The notes under the pieces were generated by a model that saw only the letters and a list, made by a program, of their open reading frames with translations, was not told the origin of the DNA and searched no databases. Both the position numbers and the translations under genes were made by a program. This document shows, one piece after another, positions 1 through 13,000 of a stretch of 64,000 bases of DNA (position 1 is the first letter of the stretch; every line of letters begins with the position of its first letter). The stretch comes from Flectonema sp. DT1601. Its lineage: Eukaryota. The DNA lies in contig OZ025791.1 of assembly GCA_964019425.1 (NCBI GenBank), positions 1,302,001-1,366,000 on the forward strand, given 5' to 3'.

Positions 1-1
1 A

Positions 2-1352
2 CGTGTACGCAGACGATCAGAAGACATCACTGAAACCCCGCCGTTGGTGAAGTGGGAAAATGTGAAATCAAAGAAACAAAAACGAATCCAGAGAATGAAT
101 GAAGAGACCTCATTCAAATCTTCTGAAGGTAAAGTGTTGCAAACATATAAAACAAAAGAAAAGTTATTACAATCACACAAAGATATGGCGAATGACGGAA
201 CCAAACGTAGAATGACATACTCAAAACTGATTACTGATAAAGACATAAATGAGGTTGATGTTCAGTTAATTCGTCCAAGAGCTAAAACTTTAAATCAAAC
301 AGCCATCGATAAACAACTTCACGATGACCACCTTCGATGGGGAACTCGTTACGAACATCGAAGCAGAGTTTGGGTCGTCGAGGGACCAAACAACTACACA
401 CAATCAGAATATAATATATTCCTTAACTTACTTACACAAGATTTAACTAACTGTGAGTCTATTCTTCAACTCTCATTGCGTCGAATATTATTTAACTGTA
501 ATCAACTACCACTCCTTCTGAAAGCAGCAGACACTTGTCGGGTGCTATCTCACTTGTGTCTTTCTAGGTGTGGAATTAATGATGAATTGTTCACAACTTT
601 GTTATCTTATCTTCCAAAAATGATTAAACGACTTGAAATACCGCACAATAAAATAACTACTGTCGGGGTTGAAGTATTTTGCAGTATTCTGGTCACGGAA
701 TATAATAATATTGAGGGTATGGTTTTTTATTTAATAATGTTTATTGACATTTTGAGGAAAAATTAAGTTTTTGTAAATAAAAAGATGAAGCCAACAAAAA
801 ACAGCTGTCTCGTTTCATGGAAACAAGACGGGTGATGGCCCATGTCGGGCTATTGCTGATCTGTTGTCAGAAAATAGTTTGCTTCGGGATGTTAATTTAT
901 CGTTTATGGAAATAACTGATGGAGGTGCTGTTCAACTAGCCAGAGTAATACCCGACTTGAAAGGATTACAACAATTACATTTGGAAGGCAATTTACTGTC
1001 GTTATCGTCTGGGATAACATTATTTGAAGCCATGAAGAAGAATCGATCCATCACTTCTCTGCGGTTACGTCATTGTAGAGCGATCACTTCATGTATTATG
1101 AAGGCTATTTCTCAACGTCTTGAGAGTAATAAACTTAGATTACTAAGTCCTACTTTAAGATCAATATTATCAAGGAATAATGGTCAGTTACTGCAGGAGA
1201 GAAATGTTTCTTTTGCTTCTCCGACTCCAACTCTGTTCCGTCAGTTCATCGACAACTCTCCCAGTGCCAGGAGATACGAATTTGATGAAACTCATCAGAC
1301 GATTGTTCAGAGCGCTTCAGACTCTCTAGCGAGCAGTTTGAGTCAGCGATGA
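2..1352 (+). CDS. Leucine-rich repeat (RNI-like) protein, 5'-truncated by window edge; exons <2-716 and 805-1352
   Basis: The frame is open from position 2. LRR motifs include LSHLCLSRCGI, LEIPHNKIT, VNLSFMEITDGGA and LHLEGNLLS. A GT-AG intron at 717-804 (GTATGG...AAAAAACAG) joins ORFs 44..766 and 864..1352 in frame. Confidence 0.8.
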
Positions 1353-1666
1353 CTGTCCTCGTTGTCGTTAAACTGATATGTGAAGTTAACAAAAACAGTT
1401 TCCACGCTAATACGTTTTTACCTGAACGCTTCGGCCCTTGCAATTATTCTCCTTGAACGAATATCTAACAGCGCAAGTCATTCTTGCACTGATTACGTCT
1501 GCCATAAGAGCTGGAGGGAGGAAGCTCTCTGTGGGCATTAGCGTCGACTTTAGCGAAGTAGACAACAAGGAGAAGGAATTTTCATTTACACCATCTTGTG
1601 GTTAACTTTGGGCGGTTGTGTTGTCAAACATGAATATTATTTTCTTTTAGATCTCAACATCATAAA

Positions 1667-2657
1667 ATGTCTATCCAGGCAGCCCTGTCATCGGGCAAGG
1701 TAGTAGACCTTTACTCTGTGCTCAAGGGAGAAAAACCAGAAGTGACAAAAGATGATATCATTTCTGGGTTTAAAAAGAATATCGAGTGTGGAATTGTCCT
1801 TTTGACGAAGGCAGGAAAAGAAACAGCAGCGAAGGTATTTATTGAGATGGTTGAGGGAGGATTCAGAGCAGGTGTTTGCTACGCCGTAGACACTCAGGAA
1901 GTGAGTCCTGACACTACCAGTGCTGATGGAGTGCCTGCGGTAGTGATTGCAGCAAAGGCTGGTCATACTGATATTTTAATTTCACTTCTAGAACGTGGTG
2001 CAAACCCAAAAAGTGCAGACTCTGAAGGTAACACTGCTGCACACATTGCTGCAGAAGCAAACAACACTGATGCTATTAAGAGTCTTGCTTTGTTTAAGGC
2101 AGGCAATGAAGCAAACAAAGCCGGAAAAACCCCAACTGACCTTTCCCCAATTGCCAAAGACCTCACCAAGACCCAGCCAGAAGGTGAAAAAGCTGAAGCG
2201 ATGGCTCTTAAATTCAAGGCCCAGGGTAACAAAGTATTTGCAGCGGGTGAGTACGTGAAAGCTTCTAAATTGTACTCTGTTGCTATTGCTTACTCTCTGA
2301 ACAATCACGTGTTTTATTCCAACAGATCAGCTTGTCTGTTTAACCTCAAGAAATACGACTTAGCCATCGCTGATGCCACTCGTTCGGTTGCTATTAATCC
2401 AAAATGGACTAAAGGATTCTTCCGTCTTGGAAGCTCATTGTCTGCGATGGGTCTACCATACGAAGCAATGGAGGTGTGTTATTATTTTAATCAATACTTT
2501 TACTTTCACAGAAGGGGGCATTTAATAATAAATTATAAAACAGGCTTATGATGCTACTTTGAAAGTTGATCCTAAATTTGCTGATGCTAAAAAAGCAAAG
2601 GAAATTCTTGCAAAGGAAATCAGACAGATGGAGAACAAGATGTCAAAGAAGAAGTGA
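1667..2657 (+). CDS. Ankyrin-repeat plus TPR protein; exons 1667-2473 and 2544-2657
   Basis: Ankyrin motifs (GVPAVVIAAKAGH, GNTAAHIAA) are followed by TPRs (KAQGNKVF, YSNRSAC, WTKGFFRLG). Intron 2474-2543 (GT..AG) restores the last TPR helix AYDATLKVDP and ends at TGA 2655-2657. Confidence 0.9.
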
Positions 2658-3299
2658 TAAGATGACGTCCTCTAACTGTTGTCTTAGTTCAGCATCGGTG
2701 AAGTGTCAGCGACTGTTAGACTGGTAGACCAGAACACGTGTGTTCTTTAATTTCCCTATCTGAACCTTTACCAGTTTCGTAAGTGTTCGGACTTCTTCGT
2801 GTAATACCAGAGGCTGTGTTGATCCTGTTTTTTTCTCTTTTTTTTGAGATGTCAATTAACAATAGTAGGAGGCGATCTTCTTACCCAGATAATTATGTTG
2901 TTCTTATTGGTTCTTAAAGTAAAGTAAGTTCTGAAGTCGGTAGTTGATATCCCGCGATGAAGTCCTGTTTTCCCCCTTTCCCCCCTGCGCTTCTTGGAGT
3001 GCATTAGAAACACGTAGCGATAACAAAAAAAAAAAAAAAAAAAAAAAGAGAATTCTTGGCGTTGTTTTTTTTTTTTTTGATTCTTATTTAGAAAAATATC
3101 AGATTGGAATTTTATTTATTTTAAAGTTTTTTTTTATTTATACAATGACTGGAGAGAACGTTTTTTTTTCTTTTTTCCCCTTCCCTTCACAGATAATATT
3201 CAGTCAATGAAGTAATCGCTGTCAGACTAAAAAAAGGTTTCTGTTTTAACTACAATTTAAAAATTATTTATTTTTTAACACATCAGCCCCTGGTCATAA

Positions 3300-3986
3300 A
3301 TGAAATCTGGACACTACTCATTCGTGATATCGGGGGTGTTTACCACCCTCACGGTTGTATTCATGTCGATTATTCTGACAAGTGGAAGAAGTTTATTGGA
3401 AATGAAAAAGCGTCCAGCTGTTCTCCCAAAACATCAAATTACTGCGAGGGAGATTGAAGGAGTCGGATATCCCTATGGAATTGGTGTTATTTTTGATCAA
3501 TTCGGCAACGACTGGAATGAAGGAGACGCAATTAACACTTACGACATTAATTTCTTAACAACTCAAAAGGAAAGACCTGCTCACTTCGTTAGGTTAATTT
3601 CATGTGAGGATCACGCTACCAGAGGTAAACTAACAGCAGCATGTTGTTGTATTATTTTAATGATTGCTGTGGTTGGAATCATCACCTCATTAGCTTCAAT
3701 GGAACGTCACGGACACTGCACAAGACAAGTTGCTTTTGTTTGTCAAGCCTGTCTCTTCGTATTTTCTCTCATCGGAATGGGTGCAGCTGTTTCAGTGTAC
3801 CACAGCGAACTTCAATGCAACTACAAAGGAACTAAGATAACCATTGCGATGTTGGACTACTTCGATCTGGGTGAAGCTCTCCCACTTTTTGCAATCTCTG
3901 CATTCTTCCACCTGTCTTCAGTCCTCATTATTAAATTTACTGGTGGTATGAGCAGCCACAAGCAGCAGCACACAAACAAGAAGTAA
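3300..3986 (+). CDS. Amastin/claudin-like four-transmembrane protein
   Basis: Four hydrophobic segments, Cys in the extracellular loops and an amastin-like layout. Clear paralog of 5281-6081 (shared GVGYPYG and HF...C..H..RGK..A.C). Confidence 0.65.
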   Translation: MKSGHYSFVISGVFTTLTVVFMSIILTSGRSLLEMKKRPAVLPKHQITAREIEGVGYPYGIGVIFDQFGNDWNEGDAINTYDINFLTTQKERPAHFVRLISCEDHATRGKLTAACCCIILMIAVVGIITSLASMERHGHCTRQVAFVCQACLFVFSLIGMGAAVSVYHSELQCNYKGTKITIAMLDYFDLGEALPLFAISAFFHLSSVLIIKFTGGMSSHKQQHTNKK

Positions 3987-4271
3987 GTTGATTTCTTTTG
4001 TTTTGACTTTTGTGCGTGTGTGATTATCTTACACTTTAAGGGAAAAAAAGGAAGAAAAAAAAAAAAATAAGGAAAAAAAAAAAAAAAAGAGAAAAGTTCG
4101 AGTTTTGTTGTTTTTTAGTTAGGGGGAAGAAGGGAAGGGAAAAATAATGTGAAAAATTAAAAGAAGTTAGCATGAGAGGGGAGAGATGGCTAACACCAGT
4201 GATAGCCTGTTTTTCTTTTCCCTTTTTTTTAAAAAGAGAAGAAATGGAAAAGGAAATTTGCTTATTCATCA

Positions 4272-4306
<35 letters not shown>

Positions 4307-5280
4307 TATTAAACTTTTTTTTATAATATTATGTTTGTTCCTATTTCCCTTTTGATTCTTCCATGCCGTCCCTTTTATTCTTTTCTCTTCTTCTTCTTCT
4401 TTTTTTTTTTTTGGTTTTTTTTGAAAGAAGATCAGGCCTCGGTGAACGGGCAGTGTAGTTCATCAGCGAGGGCCTTATTTACATAGAGTGTTTCTGTTCC
4501 TTTACTGATTTCACACTATTACCCTTTTACCCAACGTTTTTACGTACGCAAAAAAAAGAAGAATAATACCCGTTTCTTAGTAATCGATTCCCATGCTCTC
4601 TTTGTTTTTTTTTTCATCTTGTCGCAGACTTGTGAAAAAGAACAAGTGGGTATCGTATCGGTGGTAGTGAGAATTGAACTCTAAGCAGGTTGCACCTGCA
4701 GAGCACTTCCCTTTTCTTATTCTCACGGTCGGTCGGTAAAGGCGGACGATGTGCAAACGACGAAAGGGTTTTTAGGGGCAAAAGAAAGAAAAAAAAAAAA
4801 AAAAAAAAAAGAAATGAAGGGTAGTAGTAGTGTATTAAGAAAAGAAGAAAAAAAAAAAAAAAAAAAAAGAAAAAAAAAAGTGAAAGAAAATAATCGATAT
4901 AAAATCGCATCGTGTATAATCCCGTTTTTCCATGCTTCCCGTTCACGGCCCCTCCTCAGTCCCATCCCCATGTCAAGTTGTCAGCTCTCCACACACTCTG
5001 CCGAAGGTATCTTTCGGCAACGGAGAGAGGATGTACATCCAGCTGATTTCGGAAAAAAATAAAAAATAGTAACTTCAATTTATTGGTGTCTTGTCACTGA
5101 TTCTTTATATTATTTTTACACAAGTATAATATTTCTACCTAATTATGAAAAAGCTACGCGTGTGTCCTTGACGGTACTCTTTCTTTTTATCAGCTGTTTG
5201 TTGATTGGTTAATAATATTTAATGTTTTAGAAAAGAGCATACAAAAAAACAAACAAACAAACAAACAAACAAACAAAAAC

Positions 5281-6081
5281 ATGCCGATTCCTAGAAAACA
5301 TTCATTGGCAGCTCCAACTGCCGAGGAACGACAGAAATTAGCTGAAGATGAAAATGATGAGGGAAATCCTTCATTTGAGTTGAGAGGATTTACTATGTCA
5401 GCTCTACTTGGAGTGACAATGACTGTGATGGTTGTTGGGATATTATCTGATGGTAATTCACTTATGTACATGAGAAATACAAATAAGGAGTTTGGAGGAA
5501 CACCTATAAAACTTCTCCCAGGAGTGGGATACCCTTACGGGATGGGAATAAATCACGACACCTTCCGCAAAGAATGGGGTGATGGCGCTCGTATTGAGCA
5601 ATACATTTTCCCAGAAGACGTATCGGATCACCCAGGTCACTTTACGGTTCTCTACAACTGCGATCAACATAACGTGAGAGGTAAAACTGCTAAGGCTTGC
5701 GTCTATATTATTATGATTTTAAATTGGGTTATTATAGCTGGTTCTTGTGTTGGAAATTTTCATCCAAAGAAGAAAAGATTTGGTATACTTCTGTTAGTCT
5801 GCTGTACTTTGGTATTCTTATTTGCGGTGATTGCTGTTTGTATCTCAGCAGCGATATACGACCAGCCTCTTCATTGTATCGTCGGAGGGTTTGAACTGAA
5901 AACTGAATTGAAAACATACTTTGAAATCGGACACGCGATTCCAGTACTGGTTGCGACTGTTTTGATGGGATTCGTGAATCTAATTTTAGTGTTAAAAGTC
6001 TTACCAACTCTCAAAGATGATGAAGAAGAAGAGAACGACGATTCTGATGCAAACAGCCAGAAGAACCCAATGAGACCATAG
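5281..6081 (+). CDS. Amastin/claudin-like four-transmembrane protein (paralog of 3300-3986)
   Basis: Same 4TM topology and shared motifs; acidic C-terminal tail; a (CAAA)n microsatellite lies just upstream of the ATG. Confidence 0.65.
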   Translation: MPIPRKHSLAAPTAEERQKLAEDENDEGNPSFELRGFTMSALLGVTMTVMVVGILSDGNSLMYMRNTNKEFGGTPIKLLPGVGYPYGMGINHDTFRKEWGDGARIEQYIFPEDVSDHPGHFTVLYNCDQHNVRGKTAKACVYIIMILNWVIIAGSCVGNFHPKKKRFGILLLVCCTLVFLFAVIAVCISAAIYDQPLHCIVGGFELKTELKTYFEIGHAIPVLVATVLMGFVNLILVLKVLPTLKDDEEEENDDSDANSQKNPMRP

Positions 6082-7041
6082 CACTAACAAACTTATTCAT
6101 ATGATGTTCGCAATCAGATATTTACTCAGGAAGTACGACATTATGTGTGCATAGATCGTGAATCTAACGCAATCACAGTAGAAGTTGTTTTTTATTTTTT
6201 ATTTTAAAATTGCTTCCGATTTCTTAAACCTGTTTTTTTAGTTATGTTTTCCCAAACTAACAGCCCACCTACTCAGATGGTTACCTGTCTTCCTGTCTCT
6301 CCTTGTAAAGAAAATAATAATATTATATTAATGTAAATAATGAAATTGAGAAATTATTGTTATTCGGTTCGTGTGATTGTCAACGACAAGTATCGTGATC
6401 TGATATCTATATTCGAGAGAATTATTTTATCTGTGTAGAGTCCCTTTCCCAATAAGAAGACTTAGTGTGCAAATATAAAATTATTTTTGAATGAAACGAC
6501 CACGTCATCTGTACCACCATCATAGCACTAAGCTCTTCAAGAGAGGTAGTGGGTTTCTGTTTTTTTTCTTTCTTTCTTTCTTCTTCTTTTTTTTTTTTTT
6601 TGTTCTCCTCCTTTGTTCTCGTAGCTCTAAAAAAGGAACAGGAGAGGTAGATTGGCATGCATGAACCTCTCGTCTAGTTCACGGGTTACGTTTACAAGTA
6701 AAATATTAGTGCGTGTGTGTTTTTTTTTCCTCACGCGCCTCTTTGATACTTGCACGAGACCAGCGTAATTCAAGACAGTCCTTTTATGTGGAAGGCGATC
6801 TGGTTGACTGGTACCTGACATGCCTTGTCGAACATTATTGGGAATTTTTTAATTTTTTTTATAATTTTTATAGTCCCCTACTCAGGAATTATTATAAGGT
6901 TAAGGTTTGTTGCGTATTTTCTTTTTCTTTTTTTTTTCCTTTTTTCCCCTTTCTTCCTTTTTTTTTGGTTTTACAGTTTGTGATGAATAACAGACTTCGT
7001 ATGTTCATTTCATTCTTTGCTTTACAGTCACGTTGGGTGAG

Positions 7042-10000
7042 ATGCCGAAAGACAAAAATAAGAACAAGAAAAATAAAAATGCCGGAAGCACTTTGGAACA
7101 GCAGACTAGCGTCGGAAGGGATCCAACTGTTGCAGTGGAGAAGTCTACGGCATTTGATGTACCTGACATGGATTCCACGTTCAGAATGAGTAGACGAGAA
7201 ACACATCATCAACTTCAGAGACGTACAACTCAACGTAGAATATCAACACCTGAGATAGGAAATGCTAGTCCATCAACTGATGTGATGGCATTCTCAAGAA
7301 GAGAGACTTCTGCTTTTGGTAGTTCAATGACGATGATGACCAGAAAAGAAACGGCTGTTTCAATAGTCAGGTCACAGAGTCAAGTTAGAAGAGATAGTAA
7401 CGATTCATCTCCTGGAACACTCACTCGTCAAAGTACATCAGTTTCTCGAAATAGTTCTGTTCCACAATTCACTTCGGGCAGAAGCGCAAGTCAGTTGAGT
7501 AGAAAAGGAACTCGTGTCATGGCTCGTAATGCTGAGGAAAACTTTGTTTCTGGAGGTTACGATACTTTCTCTCCTGAGACTACTGATTTATTAATAAATA
7601 ATGGACCAATGTTTCGTGGTACTTCTCCAGACAGAGTCAGCACTCCTCAGAAGAAAAAACGAGCGAAGAAACGATCTGCTGCTCCGATTGATACCAAACA
7701 ATTAGTAACCAACCTCGCAGCGAATAGTACTCTCAGTCTTGACAGATTGTTTGATAAGAATGGTAATACTAATTGTACTGTATTGACGTATGCATTTAGA
7801 CAGAGTTTGAGCTTGTTGTCGACTTTGTTTGTTAATTTATTTAAACTAAAACAACGTAAGCATGTTACCGCCAGTATTGTTGGCCATCTTATTCAGACTT
7901 ACGCTATTGACATACCAGAACGGTATAGCCGAACACAAACAATTCCGTTTTTGGTCGTTTCAAAAGCACTACTCGAATGTGACAAGTTGGATGTATTTAT
8001 AAAAGACGCGTTGAAACTTCAGGGAACTCGAGTGGGGATCGAAGACCCAATTTCAAGATCAGACTTTGCAACGTTTTTAGTTTACTTTCGACTTACTGAC
8101 GTACTAAACCAGATGATGTTAGTTGGAGCAATGTGTGACACGGAGCGTAATGCACGTCATGATATTATAGTGACAGAGTTAAATGATCCTTCTCACCCGA
8201 GGATATTTTATGATAGAGTTGTAAAACCAAACTTAGCTGCTGCAAGTGTTCAACGATTCTGGAGATGTAAAAAAGCAAAACAAGAAATGACTCGCAGAGT
8301 CCGACTACGTCAGCAAGGCGTTTACACCGATCTGAACACCTACACTGCAATTGATGATACTGAACAAGAGAAAACTTGGAGAGAACGATCACGACAACAA
8401 ACACTAGCCAGGTCTTCATCGAGGGGACAGCTTTCTAGACAGGATCGATTGTTGAGATGGCTCTCATTTGAAAATATAAAAAAGATTTTTGAAGAATCCA
8501 GCTACTTATACCCAGCTGTTATTGGACAGATGATTGGGAAATCTGATCCAAAACACGTCGTTCCTTCAAACAATCTTCTGTGGTTGTGTAGAGCCTATTC
8601 ATTTTATTTACCAGCTGAAACAGCTTGTAGAGAAGTTACTTTATGGGATGTGACTGAGATGATAAAGAAATCTTCGAGCTCATTTACTTTAATATTTGAA
8701 GACATTTTAAAATTAGTTGGAATAACTCGAGTTCAAGGAGGTCTGAAGTCCGATGCTTTTGAGAAGCTGATTCAATTCTACGACGTTGAGCCGGGTCTTC
8801 GTCATGAATTACAAGAACTTGGATTGCTATTAGTTGGAGGAGTCTTAATGGCTGGAGTCTTTTACTCTTTAGCAGACGTACATAGTGAAGCAAAACAACG
8901 ATTGCTTATAACTGACGATGGGTTGCTACAGCTTCAGCTGATGCATTCTCGCTATCAGAAATTTGCAAACAATCGACAACGTGCTACGAATATGAAACCA
9001 ATTCGAAGGCAATCGATATCTGTCAGAACAGCAGTACGAAGACCTCTAACAGACTTTAAAAACAATAAAGAATTAATTCTCCATGGTCAAGCAGGTGATT
9101 ACGAGTGTGTTATAACAACACAAGCAGTGATTCGATCATTTCTTAGTCGACTCCACTTCAAACATGCTGTCCTCCTGTTTCGAGCCGCAGTAAAAGTTCA
9201 GACACGCTGGAAAGGTGTAATAGCAAGAAGGCATTTTCAAAGTATACTAACAGCGCATCGATTAAAACAAGAAGCCGCTTCCATCAAAATTCAAAGTCGT
9301 TGGCGTCGTCAAGATGCTGTTAATCAATACCGTCAATCGAGGACAGATATTATTTTAATTCAATCTTTGGGTCGGGCGATGAATCTTCGATGTCGTCTCT
9401 GCCGTTGGAGGAATTGTATCGCAACGTTTCAAAGAATTGGTTCAGGATTGAGAGATCGTTGGAGGTTATCATGTGTGAGGTACAATTTAAAAGTTATTCG
9501 CTTACAGTGTATTTGGAGACAGCACTTTGCCGTCAAGGAACTCCTCTCTCGACGACTCCAACTGAAATCAATACTTGTGCTTCAAAGGATATCTCAATCG
9601 TACGCTGTTCGTTCGATGATTAGAAATCTATTTTACTCTTATCGACTTCAGAGAGTCATGCGAGGAGGAATGTCACGAGATAAAATGTTTAATTTTCGAA
9701 AACAAGTCAAATCTGCAACAAAACTTCAAAGTCAATGGAGGACAAGTCAGGCGAAAACTCTTCTAGCCCGGAAGCGAATTGAACGAAACAGCGCAGAAGT
9801 CATTCAGAGAACCTGGAGATGTAAGAATGCGAAAGACACAGCTGCGACAAAACGATCAGAACTGAAAGCTGCAACAACTATTCAAAACTCATGGAGATGC
9901 AGCATCGCTAGAAAGATTCACCAATCACTTCTTATTCAACGGAAAGCCTTACGGTATCTTCAAGTTATCGGAAAGGGATACTTTGGTAGGCTCGCAGTCT

Positions 10001-13000
10001 CTGAACTCTTCATCTCAATGCTAAATCTTAATAAATATAAACTATCATGTATGATGACACTTCGTAGAATATTTAATGCATTTAAACAACGTTGTTACGT
10101 CTATCAGCTTTATAATAATCGTGAATGGGAAAAAAGGATTTATGACAGTAGACTGCGACTTCAATATGTTGGGAAAGGATTCTTAGGTAGATTATTGTGT
10201 TCAAGTATCCCGAGTTTAAAAAGACTTCAGAGGATAGGAAGAGGGTACCGAGGACGATTAAACTTTTCTAAACTAAGTTATTCAGTTATCCGATTACAAA
10301 AAGTTGGACGAGCCTTCACTACCAGAACTTTACTGATGAATAATCACGGTGGAGTGTTGACCACATGTGGTGTTTCAGATTTGTTCGGAGGTGGTCTTTT
10401 CATGAAAATCTTACTGAGTCAGGCGGAATGCGGACGACGAATCACAGGTAGAGCAGTTAAAAAATTACAATCTTGCGGACGAGGTCTTCGCACTCGACTT
10501 CTGTCCCAAAAGGAATATAAAATAATACTTCAGGCTATTAGAGTAATTCAACAATCTGGTCGAGGATTCAATGCCCGGCTTACAGCTAAATACAACCACC
10601 AATATGGTGTAGAAGAAAGAGCGTGCAATTCATACGTAATTCCTTCATTGAGAGATACCTTGTTTATAACAAGGCTTCAGTTTTTAAAAAAGATGTATTT
10701 CAAAATAAGGAGCTCTCGCGGATCGTTCTGGAAAATCCAACGACTAGGAAAGGCTTATCTCGGCCGACGAGAGTTATTTCTTAGACTTGGTGCTGTTCTC
10801 GCTGTTCAAAAAATCGGAAAGGGACTTCTTGGCAGAGCAATAGCACGCATTCACTTGTTAAATAGGAAATCTGCCATCACAATTCAACAGATGACTCGAA
10901 TGGTCATTGCGAAGTCGAAATTAGAGGCATTGAGAATTCAATCAACTGCTTCTAAATATATCCAAAAAATCACACGAGGTGCCGCATCACGTTTGTATAT
11001 GAGACGACTTCGAGCGGCTTTTGTTATTCAAAAACACTGGAGATCATATAATTCTTACTTAGAAGATTGTGCTGTTCAGAAAATAACGGATTCCGAGAGT
11101 ATTATCAGCAAGACCTGTGCGGGTTACCGAAGCAGGTTGTTTTTGTCGCAAAAGAAACCAAAATCAATTGAAACTATACGACGGGTATCAATCGGAGCCA
11201 CCACTCGATTAAATCTCAGAATCAAAAAAGGAATGAAATGCGCTGAAACAGGATCAGTCATCCTTCACAGAAATATAGAACGACACAGACGAGTAAGGTT
11301 TTATAACTTGCTACGCTATTCATCATTGATGATACAAGCAAAACAAAGATCTATGTTGAACGAAGCAATTCTACGGCGACTAATAAAATTAACAGAAGTT
11401 CGTACGATGAAATATTGTTTGCGAATGCTGAATAGAAAAGTAATCATAAAATCAAATGTATTAAAATTTCAAAGAATGGGAAGAGGACTAGTCCATCGAA
11501 GTGTGTTGGGCAAGGCTTTTGATTTAATTAAATTGTCGAAACAGATTATTACAAAAGTCTCAAAGGGATTTTTTCATCGAAAAATGCTCATCGATCTTTA
11601 CTGCCGATCAACAACAGTAGTGGCGATGACGGCTTTCGTTGCAGTTGGTATTTTATATCGTCGTAGGTGCCTGACGCAGAAAGCAGATGCGTTTTTAGAA
11701 TACAATTCTCGAAGGTATCTTGCTAGTCGGCATTATAGTGTTTTGAGAAAGTTTTGTGCCGCTTCAGCAAAATCAAAATTGAGAAGGAAAGCTGCTCAAC
11801 GACTTCTGATGAGGACAACGATGGGTTCTTTATCCATCCGCTACCATCACTGGGTGAATATTGCTATTAGAAGAAAGAAAATCCAATCGGCTGTGGCTCT
11901 ACAACAAGTCAATGAGGCCCATCTTCAAAGAAAGTTCTTTATCAATTTGAGACTATTCTCTCAAAGGCGTATAGGATGTCATGTCGCTATAACCCTTGCG
12001 GCAGCCACAGTTCGAATTCCTTCCATGGTTGGGTGTTTACTATTTTATAATAATAAGACATTGTTGTATAATAAATACAAACTTTGGAAAGGATACTCTG
12101 CAGCACCTCCCCCCACAAATAATTTCAATGTGTTGAGCTACGGTGTGTGTGCTGGGATTATTGTGTTATCAGTCAGTGTGTGTCAGGACAGTTTCTTATC
12201 AAATCCTTCGAAAATAATATCAAAGCGACCTCCATCAGCACCGTTAACAAGAAGGAAATATTCTACTTGGTGTGCTGCAGCCTCATCAGTTTGTATTATC
12301 ACATCGTACGTCGTGCTTCGGCAGTTCAATGAAATTGATAGGTCGATAAAAGACGTCAGTCAGAATTATATTTGTGCATGTGATGCTGCTATTTCTGGTG
12401 CTTATTTAATTACAACAGTTATGTCTTCTTCAATAAGGCAACCAAGGAGGAAGGTGTCATCAGCTCAAATGAAACAATTGACGAAGTCAAGTGAGCAAGC
12501 TACAGTACCAATAACTCCAAAGGGTAACATGAAACCATCAGAAATGATATCCTCACTCGTCAGTAATGAGGATCAAGATAGACGAGCGGTCTGCTTTGAA
12601 CAAGTTTGTGAATTCTCAAAATTTAACGTCGATTACAACTTCTGTTTGTCTGGTATTTCTCGTCGGGCTGGAGACCGAGTCCGACTTGAGGGACGATTAA
12701 AGAATATTGAATACAAAGAAGAAAAACATCGAGTTCTAATAAGAATGAAACAAATGAAAAAATGGCAATCGATGCAACTATCTCAAGAGAATCGCTGTTC
12801 ACAAGGTTTTGCAACACAAAATCAAAATGATCATTTGGCCCTTCTGCATGAGCGAAAACAGAGAATCCAAGCCTGGGATTTGCCGCAAATCTCGAAAACT
12901 ATTTCATCTCGTCTTATCTCTGTTGTTAATCAAGAAAAGACTGCTCGTGAGGAACTCGAATCACGTCAACAGTCTAACTTTGAAATAACATCACAATATG

